This document shows positions 7,018 to 14,813 of a DNA stretch of 37,413 bases, one piece after another (position 1 is the first letter of the stretch; each line of letters begins with the position of its first letter). Below the pieces are notes generated by a model, which was not told where the DNA came from, searched no databases, and saw only the letters and a program-made list of their open reading frames with translations. The stretch comes from a virus: IMG/VR virus record IMGVR_UViG_3300002460_000014, positions 1-37,413 of that record; one strand, given 5' to 3'. The position numbers were made by a program, and so were the translations under genes.

Positions 7018-7090
7018 TAGTATGAATACAGAGTGTTGATAAGTCGGGTCGGTATCAACACAAATTATTAAAATTAAAAGTAAAAAAACT

Positions 7091-7321
7091 ATGCTAAACG
7101 AAATGTTAAAAACTTTAGAGAACTGGAACAGGTTGGGGGCAATTATGTCAAAACGTTCAGTAGGATACTTTATGACTGAAAACGCTCGGGGCGAATACGC
7201 GGGCTGGCTAAAAACAAAAGCAGATTTGGAAAGGCAGGTAGCGATACAGATGTTATTAGAGTCGGAAGACGGAACTTATCCGGTAGAAGTTAAGAAAGTG
7301 GATAAGAAAATTTATTATTAA
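7091..7321 (+). CDS. hypothetical protein
   Basis: 76-aa ORF. Confidence 0.55.
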   Translation: MLNEMLKTLENWNRLGAIMSKRSVGYFMTENARGEYAGWLKTKADLERQVAIQMLLESEDGTYPVEVKKVDKKIYY

Positions 7322-7335
7322 AAAAATTAGTTACA

Positions 7336-7381
7336 TTGTTCTGCTTCCAGTTTTTGGTAACGAATTCTGGGAGTAGAACAA
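7336..7381 (+). other. 15-bp stem hairpin (2 G.U pairs) with a 16-nt loop, in the intergenic region
   Basis: ttgttctgcttccag (7336-7350) pairs with ctgggagtagaacaa (7367-7381). No T-tract follows on the + strand. Confidence 0.5.
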
Positions 7382-7399
7382 TAAAAAGGAAACAAAACC

Positions 7400-7660
7400 A
7401 TGAACGAAGAAAAAAAATTATTAGAACTTATATCGTTTAACATAGAAAAATGCCAAAAGATTTTAGGCGATATGATAGACGATTGTAAAAAGTTTCAATC
7501 GGGTTTATTGCCTGAAGAAGAAAATGTTTTGCCGGAGTATAACTACGACAAGGAAGCGGAAGCCGAACTTGAAAAAGATTACCTTGAGGATAAAAAACTT
7601 GAAGAAGGCGCTGATTATGCAGTTGGTCTTAATGAAGATGATAAAAAGGAGAACCAATAA
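7400..7660 (+). CDS. hypothetical, strongly acidic protein
   Basis: 86 aa, rich in D/E. Preceded by aaaaagga. Confidence 0.6.
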   Translation: MNEEKKLLELISFNIEKCQKILGDMIDDCKKFQSGLLPEEENVLPEYNYDKEAEAELEKDYLEDKKLEEGADYAVGLNEDDKKENQ

Positions 7661-7661
7661 T

Positions 7662-7859
7662 ATGGCTGAAAAATACAATCACGAAAGAGAAACCGCCAAG
7701 TTAGCTGATATTACGGCAACAAAACCCGCTACAGGTGCTCTGACGAAAGAGGAATTTAGAGAAACGATTATGAGTAATCTGCCAATGGCTGACAATGAAG
7801 ATGTGAGAGATTTATACGCTTTTTTAGGGATTGAAAAACCAACTTATAAATTATGGTAA
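7662..7859 (+). CDS. hypothetical protein
   Basis: ATG 7662 lies 9 nt after aaggag and 1 nt after the upstream stop. The ORF-track start at 7524 would overlap the whole upstream gene end. Confidence 0.6.
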   Translation: MAEKYNHERETAKLADITATKPATGALTKEEFRETIMSNLPMADNEDVRDLYAFLGIEKPTYKLW

Positions 7860-7885
7860 TAATAAATTATAGTATATTAAAAAAT

Positions 7886-8401
7886 ATGGAAAACAATTTT
7901 TTGCCAAACGAATATAAAATCCCTGACAATAAAGGATATATGAAATTTAAAGACGGAGAAAATACTTTTAGAGCATTGTCTTCGGTAATCACCGGCTACG
8001 AATATTGGAATACCAATAATAAGCCTGTTCGGTCAAAAGACGCTTTACGAAATATTCCTGAAGATATACGAATTGACGCAAGCGGTAATCCTACAAAAGT
8101 AAGGCACTTCTGGGCGTTTGTAGTATGGAATTACGATAGTGAATCAATACAGATACTTGAAATAACCCAGTCAACAATTCAAGCCGCCATTAAGGCAATG
8201 GTTGATAATAAGAAATGGGGTAGCCCGCTTAACTACGATATTACTGTTACGAGAACCGGCGAAGGGTTTGACACTGAATATACCGTAATGCCTAATCCGG
8301 TTAGCGAGTTGTCGCCGGAGGTTAAAGAACTCTATAACTCAAGAGTTATAAGTTTGGGAGCTCTTTATGAAGGGAAAAATCCTTTTGAAGTTAGTGAGTA
8401 G
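7886..8401 (+). CDS. hypothetical protein (position is compatible with an ssDNA-binding or recombination function; weak)
   Basis: About 171-aa ORF. The start could be 7853 or 7886. No diagnostic motif recognised. Confidence 0.55.
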   Translation: MENNFLPNEYKIPDNKGYMKFKDGENTFRALSSVITGYEYWNTNNKPVRSKDALRNIPEDIRIDASGNPTKVRHFWAFVVWNYDSESIQILEITQSTIQAAIKAMVDNKKWGSPLNYDITVTRTGEGFDTEYTVMPNPVSELSPEVKELYNSRVISLGALYEGKNPFEVSE

Positions 8402-8404
8402 TTA

Positions 8405-8471
8405 GGTCAAATTTCGCCAAATTTGCTTAATAAAACACGATTAAACGTAAAAGTAGTATCACACTACGGCT
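8405..8471 (+). repeat. conserved intergenic motif, copy B
   Basis: Aligns with 2251-2322 and ends exactly at the ATG of the 8472 ORF. Confidence 0.7.
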
Positions 8472-8843
8472 ATGGAAAAAATAAACGACAATATTATAAG
8501 AATAACCGGATCGGCTTCTTTGCCGGAGCCACTGGTGATAGACACTGATTATGAGGTTAAGTTAAACGGAAGCGTTATTGGAATAGACAAAAAGAGCAGA
8601 CAAGACGGCACGTTTGATTTTGTTTATAAGTTAAGGCTGCTTACCGCCGAAGTGTTAAAAGACAACGGCGAAACGATAAAAAGCCAAGGCAGAAAATCTA
8701 ACTCAAAGAAACTGCGAGACTTGATTTACTTTGACTACTCCGAAAGCGATATGAAAATTGAGTTTAACCAATACTACGATGCTTTTTATGTTAAGTTATT
8801 AACCAATTTTGAAGAAGTAAAAGAGTTTTTGAAAAACAAATGA
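8472..8843 (+). CDS. hypothetical protein
   Basis: 123-aa ORF whose stop overlaps the next ATG. Confidence 0.65.
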   Translation: MEKINDNIIRITGSASLPEPLVIDTDYEVKLNGSVIGIDKKSRQDGTFDFVYKLRLLTAEVLKDNGETIKSQGRKSNSKKLRDLIYFDYSESDMKIEFNQYYDAFYVKLLTNFEEVKEFLKNK

Positions 8844-9154
8844 AAGAAACCGAAACGCAACTTGTAAAATCTTGCCTTGAGTTATTGGCGTATAAAAAGA
8901 TTTTTGCCTATAGAATGAACTCTGGCGCTTTTAAAACAGAAGCCGGGGGCTTTTACAGAATGAGCGTAATTGGAGCGCCGGATATAGTGGCGGTAGTAAA
9001 TGGTGTCTATGTCGGAATAGAGGCAAAAATAGGCAAAAATAAGCAAAGTATAGCCCAAGTTGAGTTCCAGCAAGGTTTAGAAAAGGCTGGTGGCAGGTAT
9101 TTGCTTATTAGAAGTGTTGACGAATTAGTGGATGAGTTAGAAAAACTAAATTAA
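8840..9154 (+). CDS. VRR-NUC domain nuclease (PD-(D/E)xK fold)
   Basis: GAPDIVAVVNGVYVGIEAKIGKNKQSIAQVEFQ matches the G-x-PD ... E-x-K ... Q pattern in a protein of about 100 aa. Confidence 0.7.
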   Translation: MKETETQLVKSCLELLAYKKIFAYRMNSGAFKTEAGGFYRMSVIGAPDIVAVVNGVYVGIEAKIGKNKQSIAQVEFQQGLEKAGGRYLLIRSVDELVDELEKLN

Positions 9155-9160
9155 AAACAT

Positions 9161-9272
9161 TTAGCTGGTTTAATTGGTCGGATATGGGGAATAGCGTGAG
9201 ATAGGGGCACCTTCACTCACTAATTCCGAAAGGAGAAAACCCGAACGTGTCCGATCAGCATAAGCCAGCTAG
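9161..9272 (+). ncRNA. unclassified structured RNA element (rod with a branched tip); possible cis-regulatory leader or small RNA
   Basis: 12-bp stem 9161-9172/9261-9272, 10-bp stem 9175-9184/9248-9257, 4-bp stem 9185-9188/9240-9243, hairpin 9196-9200/9216-9220 and a tcc-GAAA-gga tetraloop hairpin at 9225-9234. GC is elevated and there is no ORF. Confidence 0.45.
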
Positions 9273-9296
9273 CAATTAAAAATTAAGGAGATTATT

Positions 9297-9482
9297 ATGA
9301 CAAAACACGAAACAAAAACAATAGAGTTTTACGCCAAAGACTACAGAGATATGGCAATGAAAGAAGACGACTTAAAAGATATGTTGGAGGGCTTTGTAGA
9401 AAGTTTAATGTGCGATCATCAATGCACTTCAAATTGTCGCAAGAATGGATGTAATTGTGGTTGTGGTGAGTTTCATTTCTAA
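9297..9482 (+). CDS. small protein with a Cys-rich C-terminus (CDHQCTSNCRKNGCNCGCGEFHF)
   Basis: Strong SD aaggag. The 19-nt initiation region is identical to that of the next ORF. Confidence 0.65.
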   Translation: MTKHETKTIEFYAKDYRDMAMKEDDLKDMLEGFVESLMCDHQCTSNCRKNGCNCGCGEFHF

Positions 9483-9499
9483 ATATTAAGGAGATTATT

Positions 9500-9703
9500 A
9501 TGAAAGTTAAAGAAAAGAAAATTGAAAAAGTCAGGAGAATGATTGCAGATTATATACAATCCGAGGGATGTTCTTGTTGTGCAGACGAAGATGGGCAGAA
9601 AGAGGCAGAAAAACAACTTGCTAAATTATTAGATGTCCCCAAATGGAAAGATGGAATTGGGTATAACTTTAATAAATTCGCCACAAAGCCGACTATTAAT
9701 TAA
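9500..9703 (+). CDS. small protein with a CSCC motif
   Basis: Same 19-nt attaaggagattattatga initiation region as the 9297 ORF. Confidence 0.65.
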   Translation: MKVKEKKIEKVRRMIADYIQSEGCSCCADEDGQKEAEKQLAKLLDVPKWKDGIGYNFNKFATKPTIN

Positions 9704-9719
9704 AAGATAAAGAGGATAT

Positions 9720-10031
9720 ATGAAAGAAACAAAAGAACAACTTATAGCGGAATTGGCAAAGTTAGGCCAAACTAATAAGGAGTGGTCGGAATCTGATTTA
9801 CAGAGACGAAAAACGATTAGTGAAATGCTGAATGCCCCATTTAAGAAAAAGAGTATGTATGACTATAATATTGAGCGAGTGATTTATTCTTGGCCTGAAA
9901 TTTACTTTTATCTTGGTATACTTCAAGCAAAAAGAGATTATGCCGATTTCAACGACACTATTCAACGCCACGAAAGAGGTATTGTCGACCTGCAACAATG
10001 GCGTGATGATAAAAAAGACCAATTACTTTAA
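9720..10031 (+). CDS. hypothetical protein
   Basis: 103-aa ORF with SD aagagga. Confidence 0.65.
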   Translation: MKETKEQLIAELAKLGQTNKEWSESDLQRRKTISEMLNAPFKKKSMYDYNIERVIYSWPEIYFYLGILQAKRDYADFNDTIQRHERGIVDLQQWRDDKKDQLL

Positions 10032-10065
10032 CCCCCAATTAAAAAATAAAGAGGATATATAATTT

Positions 10066-10281
10066 ATGTTTAATAACAAATCCAAAGAGATTAAAGAATT
10101 AAGAGAGGAAATTGCTAAAATACAGAAAGAGCAAATGGACTTTTTAATTGAAGCCCACAGAATAATACAAAGTGTTTTGGATAACGACAAAAGAAAATTT
10201 ATGTATGAAATTCGGCATGAAGATGTTGAGTTAATTGAAGACGGAAAAAAATATAGAGCAATTAGAAAGATTATTAACTAA
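10066..10281 (+). CDS. hypothetical protein
   Basis: 71-aa ORF with the same ataaagaggatata junction as the 9720 ORF. Confidence 0.6.
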   Translation: MFNNKSKEIKELREEIAKIQKEQMDFLIEAHRIIQSVLDNDKRKFMYEIRHEDVELIEDGKKYRAIRKIIN

Positions 10282-10302
10282 CCCCCACCAGTTAAAAAAT
10301 AA

Positions 10303-10659
10303 ATGAAAAACCAAAACAAAGAAACAAATAAAGAAATACCAAAAACCTGTCCTCACGGCTGGGGTGAAACTTTTAAGTATCATTGTGATGAGTGTAAAAA
10401 TAAAGGAGAAATAACAACCGAAGACCGACTGAAAGCCATAGAGATTTTAGTTGGCGGAGATTATGGACAGGACGCTGACTGGTATTCTTGTTTTGAGAAG
10501 AAAACAAAGGCGTTGAGCCGAGAAAAACTTGAGGAGTTTGTTATAGAGTTTGGCAAGATTATTACCAATGTTTATGTAATATCTCACGGAGGCAATAGCA
10601 AGTGTTGCGAAGGGAAAGGTGCAGAACTTGTTAGTAATTTATTAAATATAAAAATATGA
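10303..10659 (+). CDS. hypothetical Cys-rich (zinc-finger-like) protein
   Basis: CPHGW...HCDECKNKGE ... KCCEGKG. Confidence 0.6.
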   Translation: MKNQNKETNKEIPKTCPHGWGETFKYHCDECKNKGEITTEDRLKAIEILVGGDYGQDADWYSCFEKKTKALSREKLEEFVIEFGKIITNVYVISHGGNSKCCEGKGAELVSNLLNIKI

Positions 10660-10994
10660 AACAAAAAAATAAGATGAATAAATTTATAATTGATACAATG
10701 GATAAAACTAATAATATAGTTAGTAAATTTAAAGGTGGAAAAATATCACGGCATACAATAAATAAAGTTGATAATTTAAATGATTTATTTAAATTTGAAA
10801 AGAGACCATATATATTAGGATATTGTGAACAACAAAAAATTTATCATTCTTGGGAAGATATAACCTCGAGCATTGTTTATCCTACTAATCCACCACAATA
10901 TCCGAATGAAAAAAGACGTTGTTTAAATTGTGGTAAGGTTGAAGAATTAAAAACAACTCAGCAAGAAATTAAAAAGTGGGAAGTTGAAAAATAA
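10656..10994 (+). CDS. hypothetical protein
   Basis: 112-aa ORF, ATGA-coupled to the upstream gene. Contains CLNCG. Confidence 0.6.
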   Translation: MKQKNKMNKFIIDTMDKTNNIVSKFKGGKISRHTINKVDNLNDLFKFEKRPYILGYCEQQKIYHSWEDITSSIVYPTNPPQYPNEKRRCLNCGKVEELKTTQQEIKKWEVEK

Positions 10995-10995
10995 A

Positions 10996-11235
10996 ATGAA
11001 ACAACAAACCAGAGAAAAATGGATAAATAAGTTAGAGAAATTGTTAATAAATTGGCACTATGAATATATTAGAGAAGACGGCATAGATAGAATTAAAGAT
11101 TTAATCTCCGACACAACTAAAAACGCCAGAAAAGAGTTAAGAAAAGAATTATTGGAATTGCCTCTTTGCGAGCATATAGAAAAAGTCAAAGTTTGTATTC
11201 TTTGTGCCGATAATATAATAAGAAATCTAAAATAA
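10996..11235 (+). CDS. hypothetical protein
   Basis: ATG 10996 lies 1 nt after the upstream stop (the ORF track uses TTG 10984). Confidence 0.6.
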   Translation: MKQQTREKWINKLEKLLINWHYEYIREDGIDRIKDLISDTTKNARKELRKELLELPLCEHIEKVKVCILCADNIIRNLK

Positions 11236-11236
11236 T

Positions 11237-11545
11237 ATGACCAACAAATTTTTAGACAATTTTGATAAGGAGTTTGAGGAATTACCAATAGCACATTCAG
11301 ATGCTTGTGCTGATTCTCCGATGAAAGAATGTAATCTCAATTGTCCCTATTTAGTCGTTAAATCCTTTTTCCTCTCCCGCCTCCAAAAACTCCAAGAGGA
11401 AGTAAAAAATTGTGTGCCAAAGGAAGAAACTACTTATGCTTCCTCCAAGAGGAGAATCTCAATAGAGTTTTTTCTTAGGGGTTTCAATTCCGCCATACAA
11501 CAAATGAAAAATAATTTAGTTAAACTTTTTGAGAAAATAGAATGA
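11237..11545 (+). CDS. hypothetical protein
   Basis: 102-aa ORF abutting both neighbouring genes. Confidence 0.6.
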   Translation: MTNKFLDNFDKEFEELPIAHSDACADSPMKECNLNCPYLVVKSFFLSRLQKLQEEVKNCVPKEETTYASSKRRISIEFFLRGFNSAIQQMKNNLVKLFEKIE

Positions 11546-11751
11546 AACAAAAAAATCTAAAACAAATAATTGAAAGCTGGCAATTCGCAAGTTGTCCGAC
11601 CGAAGAACGAGAGCTGTTCCTTTGGAGATGGACTGAAGAAGGATTGGATATGCTTGAAAGTTATATCAACACACTTATTCAAGAAGCAAGAACCGAGAAA
11701 GACAGAGAGTGGACTGGGTTTTTGAGAGGAAAAATAAGAATTATAAAATAA
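11542..11751 (+). CDS. hypothetical protein
   Basis: 69-aa ORF, ATGA-coupled to the upstream gene. Confidence 0.6.
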   Translation: MKQKNLKQIIESWQFASCPTEERELFLWRWTEEGLDMLESYINTLIQEARTEKDREWTGFLRGKIRIIK

Positions 11752-11762
11752 ACTATTTTAAT

Positions 11763-12107
11763 ATGAAAAAAGTCAAAGTATATAAAAAAGGAGATGAAGG
11801 ATATTTGTATGTTGATGGTATTCCTTACATACCCGTTATAGATCATAAAAAAGATAGAACCGAATTTGTTCCCATAGATAAAAAAGAAATAGATAAGATG
11901 GTAGATAAAATTGTTCCTCTTTTAATAAGTCATATAGATAAGGAAAGGATTTTGCGTGGAGCATTAAAAAATACTGATGTCAAAAATTTGGCGGTTATTT
12001 TTAAGAAATTATTTGATGAAAAACGAAAAAGAAAAGCCACGATAAAACAAAAGGATGGTTGTTTGTATCTTAATATAGGTGGGGCGAGGTTAGATATACA
12101 AGATTAA
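11763..12107 (+). CDS. hypothetical protein
   Basis: ATG 11763 follows the upstream stop. The ORF-track start at 11709 overlaps the upstream gene. Confidence 0.6.
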   Translation: MKKVKVYKKGDEGYLYVDGIPYIPVIDHKKDRTEFVPIDKKEIDKMVDKIVPLLISHIDKERILRGALKNTDVKNLAVIFKKLFDEKRKRKATIKQKDGCLYLNIGGARLDIQD

Positions 12108-12141
12108 AATAGCGATTTGACCCTTAAAAGGGAGGAGACAA

Positions 12142-12324
12142 ATGGCCAAGCTCAACCGCCTTATAAAGTTTCTTAAAGAAACAGATAGGGTAACTTTAGA
12201 AAAAATAATGTGGGAGTTTAGGCTAAAGACTGGATATACTATTGAGTTAAGAGGAGAATTGTTAATATTCAATAATAATCCAAACATAATAGTTGAAGAG
12301 TTTTCCAAGTTTTCTCCCTTTTAA
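12142..12324 (+). CDS. hypothetical protein
   Basis: Strong SD gggaggag 6 nt before the ATG. Confidence 0.65.
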   Translation: MAKLNRLIKFLKETDRVTLEKIMWEFRLKTGYTIELRGELLIFNNNPNIIVEEFSKFSPF

Positions 12325-12354
12325 TTTATTTTTAAACGTGGTATAATAAGAGAA

Positions 12355-12600
12355 ATGAAACTTTGGCGAAAAATTGAAAAGTGGCGTGAAGCTAGATTTA
12401 TTAAAAAAGCTATTGTTAGTAGTTTTAATGATGTTTTTGTTCAGAATGAGCCCATTTGTTTGATAATGGAAGATGGCGACAAAATTATTGCATATCCTAA
12501 TGGAGATTTGGTAGTAAAAATAAAATTTAAGTATTTTAAGAAAATTAAAAAGTGGTTTTTAAAATGGATCGTAGTGCCTAAAAACAGGATTATTGAGTAA
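12355..12600 (+). CDS. hypothetical protein
   Basis: 81-aa ORF. Confidence 0.55.
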   Translation: MKLWRKIEKWREARFIKKAIVSSFNDVFVQNEPICLIMEDGDKIIAYPNGDLVVKIKFKYFKKIKKWFLKWIVVPKNRIIE

Positions 12601-12605
12601 GAGAG

Positions 12606-12650
12606 CTAAAAACTTGGCTTAAAATACGCGATTAAAATTAAAAGAGATAA
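12606..12650 (+). repeat. conserved intergenic motif, shorter copy C
   Basis: ctaaaaacttggcttaaaatacgcgattaaaattaaaagag shares the (t)tgcttaa...cgattaaa core with copies A and B. Lies upstream of terS. Confidence 0.5.
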
Positions 12651-12741
12651 TATATATCAATGAAAACTTTAATATGCGATTTGAGGATTTTATAAGGGCG
12701 AGTTAATAATTAATAAATCGTTAAATAAAGATAAAAAGTAA

Positions 12742-13152
12742 ATGGCAAGAGAACTAACCAAAAAACAAAGAGGGTTTGTAAAAGATTTTATAAAGACAGG
12801 CAATGCCACGCAAGCGGTTTTAAATAATTATGATGTTGAGTCAAAAGACAAAGAGAATACAGCCGGAGCGATCGGCAGTAAAGAGTTAAGAAAAGACAAG
12901 ATACAAAAAGAATTAAAACCGGCGCTTGAAAGATATCAAAAAGAATTAACGGCGATTCTGGATGCGATGGAATTAAAAGATAAAGGCAGTGAAGAATATA
13001 GAACGCTCGTTGATGCGGCAGATAAAGTCCAAAAACAGATTCAGCTTTTGTCGGGAGGATTAACAGATAGGGTAGCGGTTATAACATTTGATGAATCGTT
13101 TAAAAAAAGAAATGAAACTACATCCAGCCCAGAAGCAGGTAGTAGAGAATAA
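12742..13152 (+). CDS. terS: terminase small subunit
   Basis: N-terminus ELTKKQRGFVKDFIKTGNATQAVLNNY matches the small-subunit HTH signature (LT.KQ..F...Y..GNAT.A). Lies directly upstream of, and overlaps, terL. Confidence 0.65.
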   Translation: MARELTKKQRGFVKDFIKTGNATQAVLNNYDVESKDKENTAGAIGSKELRKDKIQKELKPALERYQKELTAILDAMELKDKGSEEYRTLVDAADKVQKQIQLLSGGLTDRVAVITFDESFKKRNETTSSPEAGSRE

Positions 13153-14332
13153 CAATAGATTTAAGGTTCTCTTGGCTGGAAGACGTTTTGGTAAAACGGT
13201 TTTAGCTATTGAGGAACTTATTTACACGGCAACAGACAAGCAAGACGCAAGAGTGGTTTACGTGGCGCCAACGTTTCAAAGCGCTCGGGATATTGCATTA
13301 GAACAGTTAAAGAAAAGAGCCCATATTGTAACAAAGCAAATCAATGAGACAAGATTAGAGGTTGAAATTATAAATAGGTTTGGAGGCACAAGTAAGATAT
13401 TTTTAAGAAGCTGGGACAGTATTGAGACGTTGAGAGGACAAGCATTTGATTTTATTGTATTAGATGAGGTTGCTCAATATAAGGATTTTTGGATTGGTTG
13501 GCAGGAGGTTTTGCGGCCAACATTGACAGATAAAAGAGGGAACGTTCTTTTCATATCCACACCCAAAGGTTTTAACTGGTTTTATGATTTGTATAACTTG
13601 AGTTTAACTGACAGAGAGTTTAAGAGTTTCCACTTTACCAGCTATGACAACCCATTTATTCCAAAAGAAGAAATAGACGCCGCTAAAGACCAAATGACTC
13701 CGGAACGCTTTGCTCAAGAGTATTTAGCCAGTTTTCAAAAAACAGAGGGTTTGGTTTACAAAGAGTTTTCAAGGAGTAAGCACTTATACGATACTTTACC
13801 GCAAGGAACGTTTAGCAAGATAGCAGGCATTGACTTTGGATATAGAAATCCGGCCGCTGTTCTGCATATTTACACTAACGGCGAATTATATTTTGTTGAA
13901 GAAGAGTGGTATAAGCGAGAACGAACGGAAGCTGTATTGGCTGACTACGTTGCCACTTGTAGCTTTGAAGCGGTGTATCCTGATCCGGAGAGCGCTAACG
14001 GCATAGAAGAATTAAGAAAAAGAAGTATAAACGTCCGAGAGGTTAGTAAAGGCAAAGACAGTATTGAGTCCGGCATTCAAAAGGTTAGAGAACTTTTAAT
14101 AAACGGCAGATTAAAAATAAACAAGCGGTGTGTTAATCTTATAAGCGAGTTTGAAATGTATTCTCACGATGAAGATAACTTGAGCGAGAACCCGATTAAG
14201 GAACATGACCACGCTTTAGACGCTTTGAGGTATGCGCTATTTATGAGGGACTTTAAGCCAGAAGTATCAAGAGAAATCAAAAGCCAATTTGAGAGAACTA
14301 AAGCTATGAAGCAGAGAGAATCAACAAGATGA
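13088..14332 (+). CDS. terL: terminase large subunit
   Basis: Walker A LLAGRRFGKT, Walker B FIVLDE, and C-terminal nuclease motif HDHALDALRY. The start could instead be 13112. Confidence 0.9.
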   Translation: MMNRLKKEMKLHPAQKQVVENNNRFKVLLAGRRFGKTVLAIEELIYTATDKQDARVVYVAPTFQSARDIALEQLKKRAHIVTKQINETRLEVEIINRFGGTSKIFLRSWDSIETLRGQAFDFIVLDEVAQYKDFWIGWQEVLRPTLTDKRGNVLFISTPKGFNWFYDLYNLSLTDREFKSFHFTSYDNPFIPKEEIDAAKDQMTPERFAQEYLASFQKTEGLVYKEFSRSKHLYDTLPQGTFSKIAGIDFGYRNPAAVLHIYTNGELYFVEEEWYKRERTEAVLADYVATCSFEAVYPDPESANGIEELRKRSINVREVSKGKDSIESGIQKVRELLINGRLKINKRCVNLISEFEMYSHDEDNLSENPIKEHDHALDALRYALFMRDFKPEVSREIKSQFERTKAMKQRESTR

Positions 14333-14733
14333 GTCCTAACGACATAAAAGTTATAAACGAGTTTCCGCCGTTCTTTCAAGATATTATCAAAGCAGGAATG
14401 AAACCCGAACCGACAACGATTTATCCGTTTTCTAATGTTATTTATAACCCAAGTGGTTTAGATATCCCTCAAGACATAATGATTCACGAAGCGGTTCATA
14501 TCAGACAACAAGGCGAGAACCCAGCCGATTGGTGGAAGCGATACCTAACTGATAACCAGTTCAGATTCAATCAAGAACTGGAAGCTAACCAAGAGCAATA
14601 TAAGTTTGTGTGTAAAGTCCTTAAAGACAAAAACCAAAGAGCGAGAGCATTGCTAAAGATAGCGAGAAATATGGCTGGAAAGGTTTATAACTTGAATGTT
14701 AGTGTTAATGAGATAATGAGGATGATAAAATGA
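14329..14733 (+). CDS. hypothetical protein with HExxH motif (MIHEAVHIRQ)
   Basis: 134-aa ORF, ATGA-coupled to terL. Confidence 0.6.
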   Translation: MSPNDIKVINEFPPFFQDIIKAGMKPEPTTIYPFSNVIYNPSGLDIPQDIMIHEAVHIRQQGENPADWWKRYLTDNQFRFNQELEANQEQYKFVCKVLKDKNQRARALLKIARNMAGKVYNLNVSVNEIMRMIK

Positions 14734-14798
14734 ACTATCCCGATGACTTCATAAATAAAGTAATACAGGGCGACTGTCTTGTTATTCGCCGAGAATGA
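14730..14798 (+). pseudogene. 22-codon relic of a beta-class DNA methyltransferase N-terminus
   Basis: MNYPDDFINKVIQGDCL then VIRRE-stop. It parallels MYKIEDILNKVHNADCL at the start of the intact methyltransferase at 15314. Confidence 0.6.
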
Positions 14799-14807
14799 TA
14801 CTATAAT
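14779..14807 (+). promoter_or_regulatory. sigma70-type promoter TTGTTA-N17-TATAAT serving the HNH gene
   Basis: Read directly. The -10 element ends 6 nt before ATG 14814. Confidence 0.5.
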
Positions 14808-14813
14808 AAATAT

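Noticed and set aside
9177-9256. tRNA gene hidden in the structured element
   Set aside because: A 7-bp acceptor-like stem with U8-A9 can be drawn. However, there is no D-arm pairing, no GTTCRANYC T-loop, and the helix continues coaxially into a further 12 bp. It is not a cloverleaf.
12606-12740. Sigma54-type promoter (TGGC-N9-GC) in motif copy C, and CGATT boxes as a pac site
   Set aside because: The GG dinucleotide is absent from copies A and B, so sigma54 cannot explain the conserved motif. CGATT pentamers also occur frequently in coding sequence across the genome.
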